From NCBI RefSeq assembly GCF_000306885.1, contig NC_018267.1, forward strand, positions 330,001-362,000: a DNA stretch of 32,000 bases, in the 5' to 3' direction. Positions 1 through 10,090 of this stretch are shown piece by piece; within the stretch, counting starts at the first letter, position 1, and the number at the start of each line of letters is the position of its first letter. The position numbers and the translations under genes were made by a program. Source of the DNA: Wolbachia endosymbiont of Onchocerca ochengi (lineage in GTDB: Bacteria; Pseudomonadota; Alphaproteobacteria; Rickettsiales; Anaplasmataceae). The notes beneath the pieces are model-generated. The model worked only from the letters and a program-made list of their open reading frames with translations, was not told the origin of the DNA and ran no database searches.

Positions 1-975
1 ACCATTCAACTGCTTTATTAAAATAACTCTTGTTTTTTACTGATTTAAATAGTCTGTCTTCCATAATAAAGAATTAAGTTTAATTACTACAATAATAAAA
101 TTCAAAAAATTTGAATCATATCTAATTTTTTTAAAAAATAAATGATTATATTACCTCGTTCTGCGATAAGATAAAATTTATCAATTCTGCTAATATCTAT
201 ATTTATCATTTTTGCATCAAAACTTCCAAGATCAGAGATATTATCATCTACACTCTTTTGTGGCAATTATAATAACGTAACTTATCTTGATCATCAAAAT
301 AACAAACTCATTAACAAGGATTCCAGCTTTTATTACTATCTATCTTTGATTGACTCAAATAAAACCAATAATACAATCTTGTAACCTAAGTTTGATAAGC
401 CCCCATGTAGCAAAAACTTAAGTACATAACCAAAATATTCCTTAAATTTAAATTACAATCTTTTTTACATTACTAAAATCTACGAATTTATATTCATCTA
501 AAAAATTGAAACATTGTGGACCATACTTTTTATATTCAAAAAACTCATAACTTATGATATTACAAAACATCAATTACTATCATTTAACTTAATAATCTTT
601 AAATAATGGAAACCATCAGGAATTTTTATTTTTTCTTTATAATATGATTACGTATAACAAACCTATCACCGAGTATATAACAACGAACACCCTTCGGGCA
701 AGATAAATACACTGATTGCAGTATTAGCTCAAAGCTAACCTCGTAAATATACCATTTAACAACTACTTCCCCTTTTTCATTTAATGTTACTCCTTAACCT
801 GCAACTATATTTTTAACCAAGTTTGATTCTTTTTACATATACCCCAACATAACACCCGCTAAAAATTCTACTGATTACCATATACTTAATCTATTCCCAA
901 TTAAATTGGGCACCTCAAACACCAAATTAACAGGATTTAACCACAAATTCAAATTAAAAGTACTATACTATATTT

Positions 976-1806
976 TCATAAAATTGATGTTATGATATTA
1001 ATTGCATTAGCTAAAACATGCTTTCTATCTAAGTGTAGTTGCTTAGCAGCAACAAAAAGCTCATCTATTTTTTTCCATTGACTTAGCAGAACTCCAACAT
1101 CACTCACACCTTTCTTTATACTTTCTAAAATGAAGGTTTGAATCATATATGATACTAATTCCAGCTCAATTTTGCTATTAATTACTTTATGAATCAATTC
1201 AGGATTATTTAAATTAGGAAGAAATTTATAAAAGGACCTATACGATTCATAATTATCGCTACTTATTGCACTTATTATCATTCCCGGTATCCCAGGAAAT
1301 AAAGTAATAATTTCATTAAACGTTTGATCATCAAATTTACATTGAGATGAAACAATTTGCTTTGTTTCATCGTAGGTCAGTGGCAGTAAATTTAGCTGAA
1401 AGCACCTATACTTAATAGTAGTTTGTATATTGTATGGCTTATGGCTCACTATAAATACCTTAGAGTTTTCTGGCGGTTCTTCTAGAATTTTTAATATTGC
1501 ATTTCTAGCATTCTTTGTCATCACCTCTAAACCATCTATTACAGCAACCTTGTATTTCGATTGAATAGGGCTTAAGTGCAGAAAATTTTTCATTTCTCTC
1601 ACCATTTCTACCCCTATTATATCACCCTCAACAATGTGCAAATCTAACGCTACCTCATTGCAATCTCCCACAAGAAACCAATTAGAAAAAGATTTTGCTA
1701 GTGTTGCTTTTCCTATACCTTTTTTACCGCAGATTAACCAAGATTGAACAGATAAGTTACTCATTAACTTCTTCTTAGCTTGATCGTGCCCTATTACCTT
1801 TTTCAT
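976..1806 (-). CDS. holB: DNA polymerase III subunit delta-prime (AAA+ clamp-loader protein)
   Basis: 276-aa ORF. The N-terminus reads GHDQAKKKL...WLICGKKGIGKATLA (degenerate P-loop typical of delta-prime), followed by LKILEEPPENSKVFIV. Motif order and size fit HolB. Confidence 0.85.
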   Translation of the reverse strand: MKKVIGHDQAKKKLMSNLSVQSWLICGKKGIGKATLAKSFSNWFLVGDCNEVALDLHIVEGDIIGVEMVREMKNFLHLSPIQSKYKVAVIDGLEVMTKNARNAILKILEEPPENSKVFIVSHKPYNIQTTIKYRCFQLNLLPLTYDETKQIVSSQCKFDDQTFNEIITLFPGIPGMIISAISSDNYESYRSFYKFLPNLNNPELIHKVINSKIELELVSYMIQTFILESIKKGVSDVGVLLSQWKKIDELFVAAKQLHLDRKHVLANAINIITSIL

Positions 1807-1828
1807 TCTTCTTTCAATATATTTCTAC

Positions 1829-2434
1829 TCAAAAGTATATCTCACTTATCATTTGAAGCGAAATCATACCCTCCCTTATAACCTCAATCTTATCTTGAGT
1901 TAAGTCAATAATAGTAGACTCTATACCAGAAACTAATTTATCATCTTCAGCTACTGCTGATAAATGTTGTTTAATAGATTTAGGTATACCGCTAGCTTTA
2001 TATGCACCTTGTTCTCCTGAAATATTTACACTAGTTGCAACTAGTGGAGTTTTCAGTTCATTTAATATTGAAATTACAATAGGATGATCAGGAATTCTTA
2101 TACCTACGCTACCTTTAAAGAATTCATTTGGCAATATGTTGTTATTTTTAAGCGGTAAAATATAGGTAATTGGCCCAGGAGAAAAATGATTTACTAAATT
2201 AGTATACTTTTCCTCTAGCTTTGCTATTCTCGCCAAACTGGAAATATCATTAACGAATATAGATAGTGGTTTATTTTGAGAACGCTTCTTCACTTGGTAT
2301 ATTTTTTTTATAGCTCTGCTATCTAGTGCATTGCAAGCAAGAGCATAAATCGTTTCTGTTGGAAAACATACCAACAAGTTATTCCGTACAGCATTCACTA
2401 TTCTAGGTATCATATAGTTAAAACTTACATCCAC
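1829..2434 (-). CDS. tsaC: L-threonylcarbamoyladenylate synthase (YrdC/Sua5 family, t6A37 pathway)
   Basis: 201-aa ORF with YrdC-domain signatures: CFPTETIYALACNA, KKRSQNKPLSIFV, VATSVNISGE. The start could instead be the internal Met8. Confidence 0.85.
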   Translation of the reverse strand: MDVSFNYMIPRIVNAVRNNLLVCFPTETIYALACNALDSRAIKKIYQVKKRSQNKPLSIFVNDISSLARIAKLEEKYTNLVNHFSPGPITYILPLKNNNILPNEFFKGSVGIRIPDHPIVISILNELKTPLVATSVNISGEQGAYKASGIPKSIKQHLSAVAEDDKLVSGIESTIIDLTQDKIEVIREGMISLQMISEIYF

Positions 2435-2578
2435 AGTAATTATTTTTTATATGAAGTAAACAATTTTACGTAACTTTTACAATATTACTTTCTTCTACCA
2501 AACTTGACACGAAATGATATTATAGTTAATACTCAAGCAGGCTTACTTAAATTTACCACTAATAAACTAGGATTAAAT

Positions 2579-3004
2579 ATGTTCATTTCTAAAGTTTTTG
2601 CAGCAGATAAAGCTAGCAATGCATCAAGCATTGGTGCATCTTTTGCTAATCTTATCCCACTGATTTTAATAGTTGTAGTGTTTTATTTTTTTATTATTCG
2701 CCCACACTACAAAAAATTAAAAGAACTTAAAAAAATGATAGATCAAGTAAAGCGTGGTGATACTGTTGTTACTTCCGGTGGAATAATAGGCGAAGTCAAC
2801 AAGCTTGACGAAGCAAATGCACAGTTTGTAATAGAAATAGCGCCAAAGGTCGAAATAAAAGTTCTAAAATCTGCTATATCTGAAGTTTTAAATAAAGAAG
2901 TTCGAAAAGTAGTAGTCAAACCAACTGAAAAGAATAAAATCGAGAAGGAAGACAAAAAAATAAAAGTCAGTCAGATAAAAGTAAAAAGGGATAAAACAAA
3001 GTAA
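2579..3004 (+). CDS. yajC: Preprotein translocase subunit YajC, with Lys-rich C-terminal tail
   Basis: The ORF track opens at TTG 2504, but the conserved YajC core begins at ATG 2579 (MFISKVF...). It has a single TM helix (LIPLILIVVVFYFFIIRP) and then KRGDTVVTSGGIIGEV. The tail KPTEKNKIEKEDKKIKVSQIKVKRDKTK is longer than in typical YajC. Confidence 0.8.
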   Translation: MFISKVFAADKASNASSIGASFANLIPLILIVVVFYFFIIRPHYKKLKELKKMIDQVKRGDTVVTSGGIIGEVNKLDEANAQFVIEIAPKVEIKVLKSAISEVLNKEVRKVVVKPTEKNKIEKEDKKIKVSQIKVKRDKTK

Positions 3005-3038
3005 AAGTAAAAACGCTTTGTAACTCTAAAACTTTGTT

Positions 3039-4870
3039 ATGTGTGGGATATTTAGTGTAGTAAGTGATGACAATTTGATAATACCAACTTTGCTAATCGG
3101 ATTGCGGAGATTTGAATATGGCAAGTATTCTTTTTCAAGCATAGTAATATAAACAATAAAGCAAGATGGAAGTTAAAAATCAAAAGACAGAGTTGAAAAG
3201 TTATTGAGGTTATTGATAATAGCAAAATGTCCAGCGATACACAGTTAGCATAGTACATGCTCGCTGGGCACAGAGTTCAGACCTTAAAAAGGTTCATCCT
3301 ATCTATACAAATAATATTGTTATTTCCATAACGGCATAACTGAAAATTGTAACTTGCTAAAAAATAACTTAGAAAAAAGGAAATACAGTTTCATATTGAC
3401 ACTGATACGGAAGTTATACTAAATATATTAACTATATATCTTAATAATGGGCTTTTGCCTATTGATTCTCTATCTAAGAGCTCAAGCAATTTGCATAGCT
3501 CATTCGCTTTAGTCTTATTATTTGTAGAATACCCAGATGCTTTACTTGTTGCAAAAAGAAATCTACCTTTAACAATAAGCTATAACTATAATACTTTATT
3601 TACTACGTCAGATTCTAATACTTTAAGCACACTTAAAAAGAATATCCCATCCGGAAGATGGTGACATTGCAGTAATAAATTCCAGCATAGTTGTCATATA
3701 TAATAACGATGTACGGTTTGAACGTAACACAGAAAGTAATAGTTCGAGCAATTTTTTAATTAGCAAAAATGGTTACCCCTAGCTTCACGTTAAAAGAAAT
3801 TTTCAAGCAACCTCGCACATTAAATAAAACAACAAAATCAATTTTATAAAAAGTATACAGAATCAATATTTGCCAACGAAAAACTATTTTCTAAGCTGAG
3901 TCATATTACTATAGTCGAACGTGAATCATCTTATTTCGCTATATTAATAGCGAAGTATTACCTGAAAGGTGTTGCTCAAGTCCTGGTATACTTAGAAATT
4001 TCATATCAAAATTTAGACATAGCAACATAAGATTAGAAGAAAGAAGTCTAAGGTTATTTATCTTAATCTGCAAAACTACAGATATCATAGAAGCGCTACG
4101 CTATGGAAAATCACAGAATAAATAACCATTAGCATAACTAATACATTAAACAGTAACGCTAAAAAATTTTAGATGTTGTATTACATACTCGTACTAGACC
4201 AGAAATTGATGTCGCTTCAACAAAAACTCTTTCTGCACAATTCACGGTTTTGGTTTTAGCATGCTTTGTTTTAAAGTTTACAAAAACAAAAGGTACATTT
4301 AAGTAAGAAGAGAATAAAGCAGTTAAGTAATACTATTAACTCTATCCCCAAATATATTAAGCATGTTTTAAACATAGCAAAAGTACAACCTGTATCAGGC
4401 AGTATACTAGAGCACAGCAGCATTATTTTAATCTACAGAAAAGCTCATACGGAGTTACAATGGAAGATACGTTAAAGATAAAAGATCTTTCACATATTAA
4501 TATCACCTGCATCACAGCAGGAAAGATAAACACAGTCAATTGCTTTAACAGATTCATCTGTATTTGTTATAATAAGCATCCTACACGATAATTTATTTTT
4601 TAAGATATTATCCAATATACAAGAAATTACTACAATAAAAAGTAAAGTGATTGCTTAAGCGACAAGCAAGAAGCACCATTTTAAAGAGAAGCTTGTATAG
4701 ATAGTGGTCCAAAAACTCCTAGGTACTGATAGTTGTTTTATCCCTAAGTAATCTATATAGTATAGCTATATAATTCCTTGTTTACTCAACTGCAATAAAA
4801 AAAGTATTAGATGCTGATTATTCAAGAAATTTAACTAAGTCTGTTATTGCCGAACAATTCATCCAGTGTT
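3039..4870 (+). pseudogene. glmS: Glutamine--fructose-6-phosphate aminotransferase (GlmS) pseudogene, full length but with many stops and frameshifts
   Basis: Collinear debris of all GlmS landmarks. 3039: MCGIFSVVSDDNLIIPTLLIGLRRFEYGKYSFSSIVI* (compare MCGIVG...LRRLEYRGYDSAG). About 3247: IVHARWAQSS...HPI (HTRWATHG..HPH). About 3400: DTDTEVILN (ETDTEVIAHL). About 3651: PEDGDIAVIN (LEEGDIAEI). About 3800: EIFKQPRTL (EIYEQP). About 4197: RPEIDVASTKTLSAQFTVLVLA (GxEIGVASTKAFTTQL). About 4460: MEDTLKIKDLSHIN (EGALKLKEISYIH). About 4813: ADYSRNLTKSVIAE (DQPRNLAKSVTVE). These pieces lie in different frames and are separated by TAA/TAG/TGA stops. Confidence 0.85.
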
Positions 4871-5091
4871 AGCTATAATACAATACTTTCATATCCATCA
4901 AATTATTCTGTCATAAATAAACTCTTCTGAATTATACCTTTATAATTAAGTCAAAAGGTTCTAATAAACAAAAAAATAATACTACTTAAGTCAGTTAGTG
5001 AACCCCATTCATTCCATGGTCAACTCCTTATAGAAAATCTATACTGTTGTATGCTTGACACTAAACTCCAGTTTTCTTTACAATCTGTTTC

Positions 5092-5976
5092 GTGAAAAAA
5101 CAAAAATGTTTATTTGTTACTATAGCCGGGTTACCGAATGCTGGAAAGTCTACACTAATTAACAGCATTGTAGGCAGAAAGATCGCAATTGTTACTCCAA
5201 AAGTGCAAACAACCAGGACACAAATAAAGGGTATTACAATATTTAATGAAACACAAATTATCTTTACTGATTCTCCAGGAATCTTTTTAGCAGGAACAAA
5301 ACTTGAAAAAGCTTTAGTTAAATCTGCATGGTCAGCAATCAAAAGTGATGATATTACTTTGTTACTCGTTGATGTAAGCAATTACTTTAAAAGTATGGAG
5401 AGAATCAAAATCATATTCACACAATTACAGCACACAAAAGCAAGATGCATTTTGGTTATCAATAAGGTTGATCTGGTAAAAAAGCCTGAGATAAAGATGG
5501 CCTGTAAAGATTTGAGTTTGCTTTATAGATTTGAAAAGATTTTTGTAATATCAGCACTAAAAAGTAATGGACTTTCTAATTTGATGAATTACTTATCCGA
5601 AATTGCACCAGTGAGCCCTTGGTTTTATAGGAAAGATCAAGTAACTGATTCTTCTGCAAATTTCTTATCAGCAGAAACCACAAGAGAAAAATTATCCCTG
5701 AATTTACGTGAGGAATTACCATATTCTATAGCTATCATAACTGAACAATTTCAAGAAAAAAAAGATAAGAGTTTAGTCATAAAACAGATCATATTTGTGC
5801 TAAAGAACAGTCATAAAAAAATAGTGCTAGGAAAAAATGGTAGTTGTATTAAAAAAATTGGCATCGATGCACGCGCTGAACTAGAAAAATTATTTGAGCG
5901 CAAAGTCCATTTATTTTTATTTGTAAAAGTACGGTCTTGGACTGACCACCCTGAGGAATATATAAGTAATGCTTAA
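5092..5976 (+). CDS. era: GTPase Era
   Basis: 294-aa ORF with a GTG start. G1 is AGLPNAGKST, G3 is DSPG, G4 is NKVD, and the C-terminal KH domain shows VLGKNGSCIKKIG. Confidence 0.92.
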   Translation: MKKQKCLFVTIAGLPNAGKSTLINSIVGRKIAIVTPKVQTTRTQIKGITIFNETQIIFTDSPGIFLAGTKLEKALVKSAWSAIKSDDITLLLVDVSNYFKSMERIKIIFTQLQHTKARCILVINKVDLVKKPEIKMACKDLSLLYRFEKIFVISALKSNGLSNLMNYLSEIAPVSPWFYRKDQVTDSSANFLSAETTREKLSLNLREELPYSIAIITEQFQEKKDKSLVIKQIIFVLKNSHKKIVLGKNGSCIKKIGIDARAELEKLFERKVHLFLFVKVRSWTDHPEEYISNA

Positions 5977-6793
5977 TTCCTTACTGGTGTTTGACATTGA
6001 AACTATACCAGATGTAAACTCCTGCAAGAATCTCCTTAATATCAGTGATGGTAGTAGTGTGAAAGAAAAAAGAGATGCATTGACAAAGTATCATCTCGAA
6101 ATAACAAATGGACACAATCCTTTTCTTCATCAGCTTCTTCATCATATTGTAGTTATCAGTTTTTTATCCTGCAGTATAAGCTACAGGAATGGCTATGAGA
6201 CATTCAAACTACAAGAAATTAGTTCTGGTGGTACACTAAATTCCAGTGAAAAAGAACTAGTGAAAGAATTTTTCAGTTACATATCAAAGAAAAGACCGAG
6301 ATTGATCTCATTTAATGGACGTACTTTTGATATGCCGGTGCTAAAATACCGTGCCATGGTCCATGGCATTCAAGCAGAATACTTTTATAAAGCTGGCGAC
6401 AAGTGGAATAGCTACAATCAAAGATATAGTAGTGATTGGCACTGTGATCTACTTGAGTCTCTCTCTGATTTCGGAGCTTCTGCGAAAGTAAAAATGAATG
6501 AAGTTTGTGCAGTACTTAATCTCCCTGGTAAAACTGGAGTTGATGGATCACAAGTTATGGACTTATATGACAATGGTAAGATACAAAAAATTCGAAATTA
6601 TTGTGAAACAGATGTAGTTAACACTTACCTGATTTACCTACGATTTATGCATCATCAAGGAAGAATCACTACTGAAAGTTATAACAAAAGTGTAGAAGAG
6701 CTGCTCTCGGAATGTGAAAAAAAGGCACACTTAAAAAAATTTAAAGAAGAATGGAAAATGATCTGTGATGGAAAGTTTTATATTAAATTCTAA
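5969..6793 (+). CDS. Predicted 3'-5' exonuclease, PolB-exonuclease-like (DEDD/RNase H fold)
   Basis: 274-aa ORF overlapping the era stop by 8 nt. Exo I is VFDIETIPD, Exo II is SFNGRTFDMPVL, and Exo III is YCETDVVNTY. Confidence 0.8.
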   Translation: MLNSLLVFDIETIPDVNSCKNLLNISDGSSVKEKRDALTKYHLEITNGHNPFLHQLLHHIVVISFLSCSISYRNGYETFKLQEISSGGTLNSSEKELVKEFFSYISKKRPRLISFNGRTFDMPVLKYRAMVHGIQAEYFYKAGDKWNSYNQRYSSDWHCDLLESLSDFGASAKVKMNEVCAVLNLPGKTGVDGSQVMDLYDNGKIQKIRNYCETDVVNTYLIYLRFMHHQGRITTESYNKSVEELLSECEKKAHLKKFKEEWKMICDGKFYIKF

Positions 6794-7358
6794 AGTAACT
6801 AGTAGATTCAAATTATATGTTATTCTTACTATAGCTTTATTCTATACACAAAAACTGCAATTGTATGAATACCATAATTTAAGTCTACCAGGAGAATATA
6901 GTCCAAGCACTAACACTTTTTACGATTGACGTAATGAAAGTAGCCACCTATGATGACGTCCTAGTACGTGATGCTGGAAATTCAATGCCACTTTATAATA
7001 GCATCTCCAAGTACTTCCTTGTTCCCAGAACTTAGGAAACTCACTTTCAATTAAGTGGTTGTATAATAAAGATTAGATTTCAGTGCTACGCGTCAAAATA
7101 GCGTCTCCTATTATAAATAGCAAATGTTCATTCATAATTGAAATTAACTTATAAACACCCAAAAAATTTATCAAATAGAGAAAAAAGGGAAAAGAAACCC
7201 TAATTGCTATACAATAGTCACTTCACTGAATTCTGCACAGATTGAAGGAAAATGAATATTTCTATCATTAGAGGAAATTTTGTTAAGAGGATTTTGCACT
7301 TAATCATATTTCTATTATCTTACAATTTTTGTATAATCTATAAGTTCGATCGGCAAAT

Positions 7359-8286
7359 TATGAAGATAATAATAGGTAGTGCTAGTAAAGAATTAGGAAA
7401 ATCAATAGTTAACAAGCTAAATATTCAATCATCCATTGTTCAGGTATCAAGATTTGCAGATGGTGAGATGAACGTACACGTAAAAGACGATGTCTATAAT
7501 CAAGAGGTATATATAATACAGTCAATTTCTTCTCCTGCAAATGATAATCTTATGGAGCTTCTGCTTACAATTGATACAGTAAAAAGATTAGGAGCTAAAA
7601 GAATAACAACAATCATTCCTTATTATGGATATAGTAGACAAGATAGGACTATTAAAAATAATAATATGCAATCTGCTTTAGGTGCTAAATTAGCCGCAAA
7701 CCTTATTCAAACTGCAGGTACAAGCAGTGTCGCAGTTATCGATTTGCATTCAAATCAAATCGAAGGGTTTTTCGATGTACCAATAACCAATTTGAGCTGC
7801 TTTGAAGTATTTGTTGAATCTACACACACAGAAAATTTAGCAATAGTTGCACCTGATGTTGGAGCAATCGGTAGAGCACGTGCTTTTGCAAAGACTTTAG
7901 AGAAAGAGCATAAGATAAAATTGAGTGATGAGATCATTATAATAGATAAATATAGAGAGAAAGCAGGCACATCTCAAGTAATGAACATAATAGGAGAGGT
8001 GACAAGTAAAAATTGTGTTATTGTTGACGATATAGTTGATTCTGGTGGAACATTATGTAATGCAGCTTCTGCTTTAAAAAGTTACGGAGCAAGATCTGTA
8101 ATTTCATGCGTAACACATAGCGTCCTTTCAGGAAATGCAGTTGAAAAAATCTATTCCTCTTCTCTAGATAAATTAGTAATTACAGATACTATACTTCATA
8201 AACTCGAAAAAACTGGTAAAATAAAAGTTGTTTCGATCGCAAATGTTTTAACTCGTTTCATTCAAGGAGATAAAGATGCCAATTAA
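7359..8286 (+). CDS. prs: Ribose-phosphate pyrophosphokinase (PRPP synthetase)
   Basis: The conserved N-terminus MKIIIGSASKELG begins at ATG 7359; the ORF-track extension back to 7252 has no Prs counterpart. Motifs: RFADGE, PYYGYSRQDR, DLHS, VDDIVDSGGT. Confidence 0.9.
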
Positions 8287-8629
8287 GTCAACAGAGGATG
8301 TAATCACTTCACTAATAGAATTTGTAAATAAGAGAAAAGTAACAATTACACAGGAAGAAATGCTTAAAATTGCACAACTTGTAAGAATTAAATTATCAAA
8401 TGATGAAATTGAGCATTACTCCAAGGAGTTAACAATGTTGAATTGGATACATGATACTTTATTGCAAGTTAATACTGAAGGTGTTTCCCCTGTACGCTAT
8501 GGTGCTATAGACAAGGTCATTCACGTGCACGATGATGTTGTCGATTCTCAAAATATTAAAGAAGAAATATTATCCAACACAAAATCTGAACATGGATATT
8601 TTGTAGTGCCAAAGGCTATAAACGATTAA
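8276..8629 (+). CDS. gatC: Asp-tRNA(Asn)/Glu-tRNA(Gln) amidotransferase subunit C
   Basis: 117-aa ORF overlapping the prs end by 11 nt. The GatC core is ITQEEMLKIAQLVRIKLSNDEIEHYSKEL...VNTEGVSP. About 20 aa of N-terminal extension precede the core, so the start is uncertain. Confidence 0.8.
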   Translation: MPIKSTEDVITSLIEFVNKRKVTITQEEMLKIAQLVRIKLSNDEIEHYSKELTMLNWIHDTLLQVNTEGVSPVRYGAIDKVIHVHDDVVDSQNIKEEILSNTKSEHGYFVVPKAIND

Positions 8630-8811
8630 AATAAGGCCGGCACTAAACTTTCTAAAAAAACAGTAAAAATCTATACGGCCTTGAATATAATCTCAACCAA
8701 AAATATAACTTAGTCAATGAAAATATAGAGTTGTTTATTATAATTGAAAGGTTCAATGACTTTGCTTGAACATTTGATATAATAAAATTATAAAGTCTAT
8801 TAAAGTCTAGC

Positions 8812-10038
8812 ATGAATGAGGTAATAACGTTTGGTTGTCGTCTAAATTTTTATGAAAGCGAACTAATCAAAGAAGAACTAAGAAAAGCAAAAAGAGAAAA
8901 TATCATTGTAGTACATAGCTGTGCAGTAACAAATGAAGCAGAACGTCAGGTAAAGCAAAAAATACGTAAGATTCATAAAAATAATCCAAACAAAGAGATT
9001 ATTGTAGTTGGTTGTGCCGTTCAATTAGATCCTGAATCGTATAGTAATATCCCTGGTGTAAGCAAAGTATTGAACAATCAAGATAAGCTAAAAGCTTCAA
9101 GTTATTTGCTAAATAATGATAAGATATTAGTCAATGGTGACCAACCAAGTACTCTTTTAATCAATAAATTTGAAGATAAGTCAAGAGCATTTATTAAAAT
9201 CCAAAACGGCTGTAATCATAGTTGCACATTTTGCTCAATCACTAAAGCAAGAGGAAATAACCGATCTATGCCAGTAAGCAGTATTATTGAGCAAATCAAG
9301 ATTTTTGTAGCAAATGATTATCAGGAAGTAGTGTTCACAGGAGTTGATATTACTGATTTTGGTACAGATCTATTTGGCAAACCTTCGCTTGGTTCAATGA
9401 TCAAGAAAGTTTTAAAGGATGTTCCAGAATTAAGAAGGCTTAGACTTTCTTCTATTGATGTTGCTGAAGTCGACGATGAATTAATGGACTTAATAGTCAA
9501 CGAACCAAGGTTTACACCACATTTGCACTTAAGCTTACAATCTGGCAATAACTTAATCCTAAAAAGAATGAAACGTCGTCACAGCAGGGAACAAGTGATA
9601 GAATTTTGCCATAAAGTAAAAAACTTAAGATCTGACATGGCATTTGGTGCTGATATTATCGCTGGGTTCCCAACAGAAACTGATGAAATGTTTCAGGATA
9701 CAGTGAATCTCTTAAAGGAAGCAAACATAGTTTACTTGCATGCTTTTCCATATTCAAAGCGGAAAAACACACCTGCAGCACGGATGCCACAAGTGCCAGA
9801 GAATGTGCGTAAAGAGCGAATAAAGAACTTGAGAAGAACGAATAAAGAAATGATAGACAATTTTTATCAATCTTTGATAGGTACTAAACAAAGTGTTCTG
9901 GTTGAACAAAATAATATTGGCAGAGCAGAAAATTTTGCACCAGTAAAGCTCTTATCAAAGGCTCAGGTCAAAAGTATTGTGGAAGCTAATGTTATAGGAA
10001 TAGAAAAAAATCATTTAATCGGAAGTATTCTTTCTTGA
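8812..10038 (+). CDS. mtaB: tRNA methylthiotransferase, MtaB-type radical SAM enzyme
   Basis: 408-aa ORF. N-terminal MTTase domain ITFGCRLNFYES...SCAVT, radical-SAM cluster CNHSCTFCS, and the later motif FGADIIAGFPTET. Confidence 0.85.
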   Translation: MNEVITFGCRLNFYESELIKEELRKAKRENIIVVHSCAVTNEAERQVKQKIRKIHKNNPNKEIIVVGCAVQLDPESYSNIPGVSKVLNNQDKLKASSYLLNNDKILVNGDQPSTLLINKFEDKSRAFIKIQNGCNHSCTFCSITKARGNNRSMPVSSIIEQIKIFVANDYQEVVFTGVDITDFGTDLFGKPSLGSMIKKVLKDVPELRRLRLSSIDVAEVDDELMDLIVNEPRFTPHLHLSLQSGNNLILKRMKRRHSREQVIEFCHKVKNLRSDMAFGADIIAGFPTETDEMFQDTVNLLKEANIVYLHAFPYSKRKNTPAARMPQVPENVRKERIKNLRRTNKEMIDNFYQSLIGTKQSVLVEQNNIGRAENFAPVKLLSKAQVKSIVEANVIGIEKNHLIGSILS

Positions 10039-10090
10039 CTTTTTAATACAAGAGAAATGTGTAGTAATATCAAAAATTATAAGCTTATTC

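Noticed and set aside
1-64. Possible 5' end of a minus-strand gene running off the left edge (MEDRLFKSVKNKSYFNKAVEW).
   Set aside because: Only 21 codons are visible and no motif is recognisable. An open stretch this short is expected by chance.
3052-3664. ORFs 3052-3258 (-) and 3455-3664 (+).
   Set aside because: Both fall inside the glmS pseudogene. The plus-strand ORF is simply one surviving in-frame GlmS fragment (..YPDALLVAKRNLPL.. equals ..DTLLAARSGSPL..), and the minus-strand ORF is antisense noise.
7252-7358. N-terminal extension of prs proposed by the ORF track (MNISIIRGNFVKRILHLIIF...).
   Set aside because: It has no counterpart in Prs proteins. The conserved N-terminus MKIIIGSAS starts at 7359, and the extension is hydrophobic AT-rich read-through.
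8633-8682. Inverted repeat AAGGCCG...CGGCCTT after gatC as a possible terminator.
   Set aside because: The 7-bp stem encloses a 36-nt loop and no U tract follows, which is not a credible intrinsic terminator geometry.
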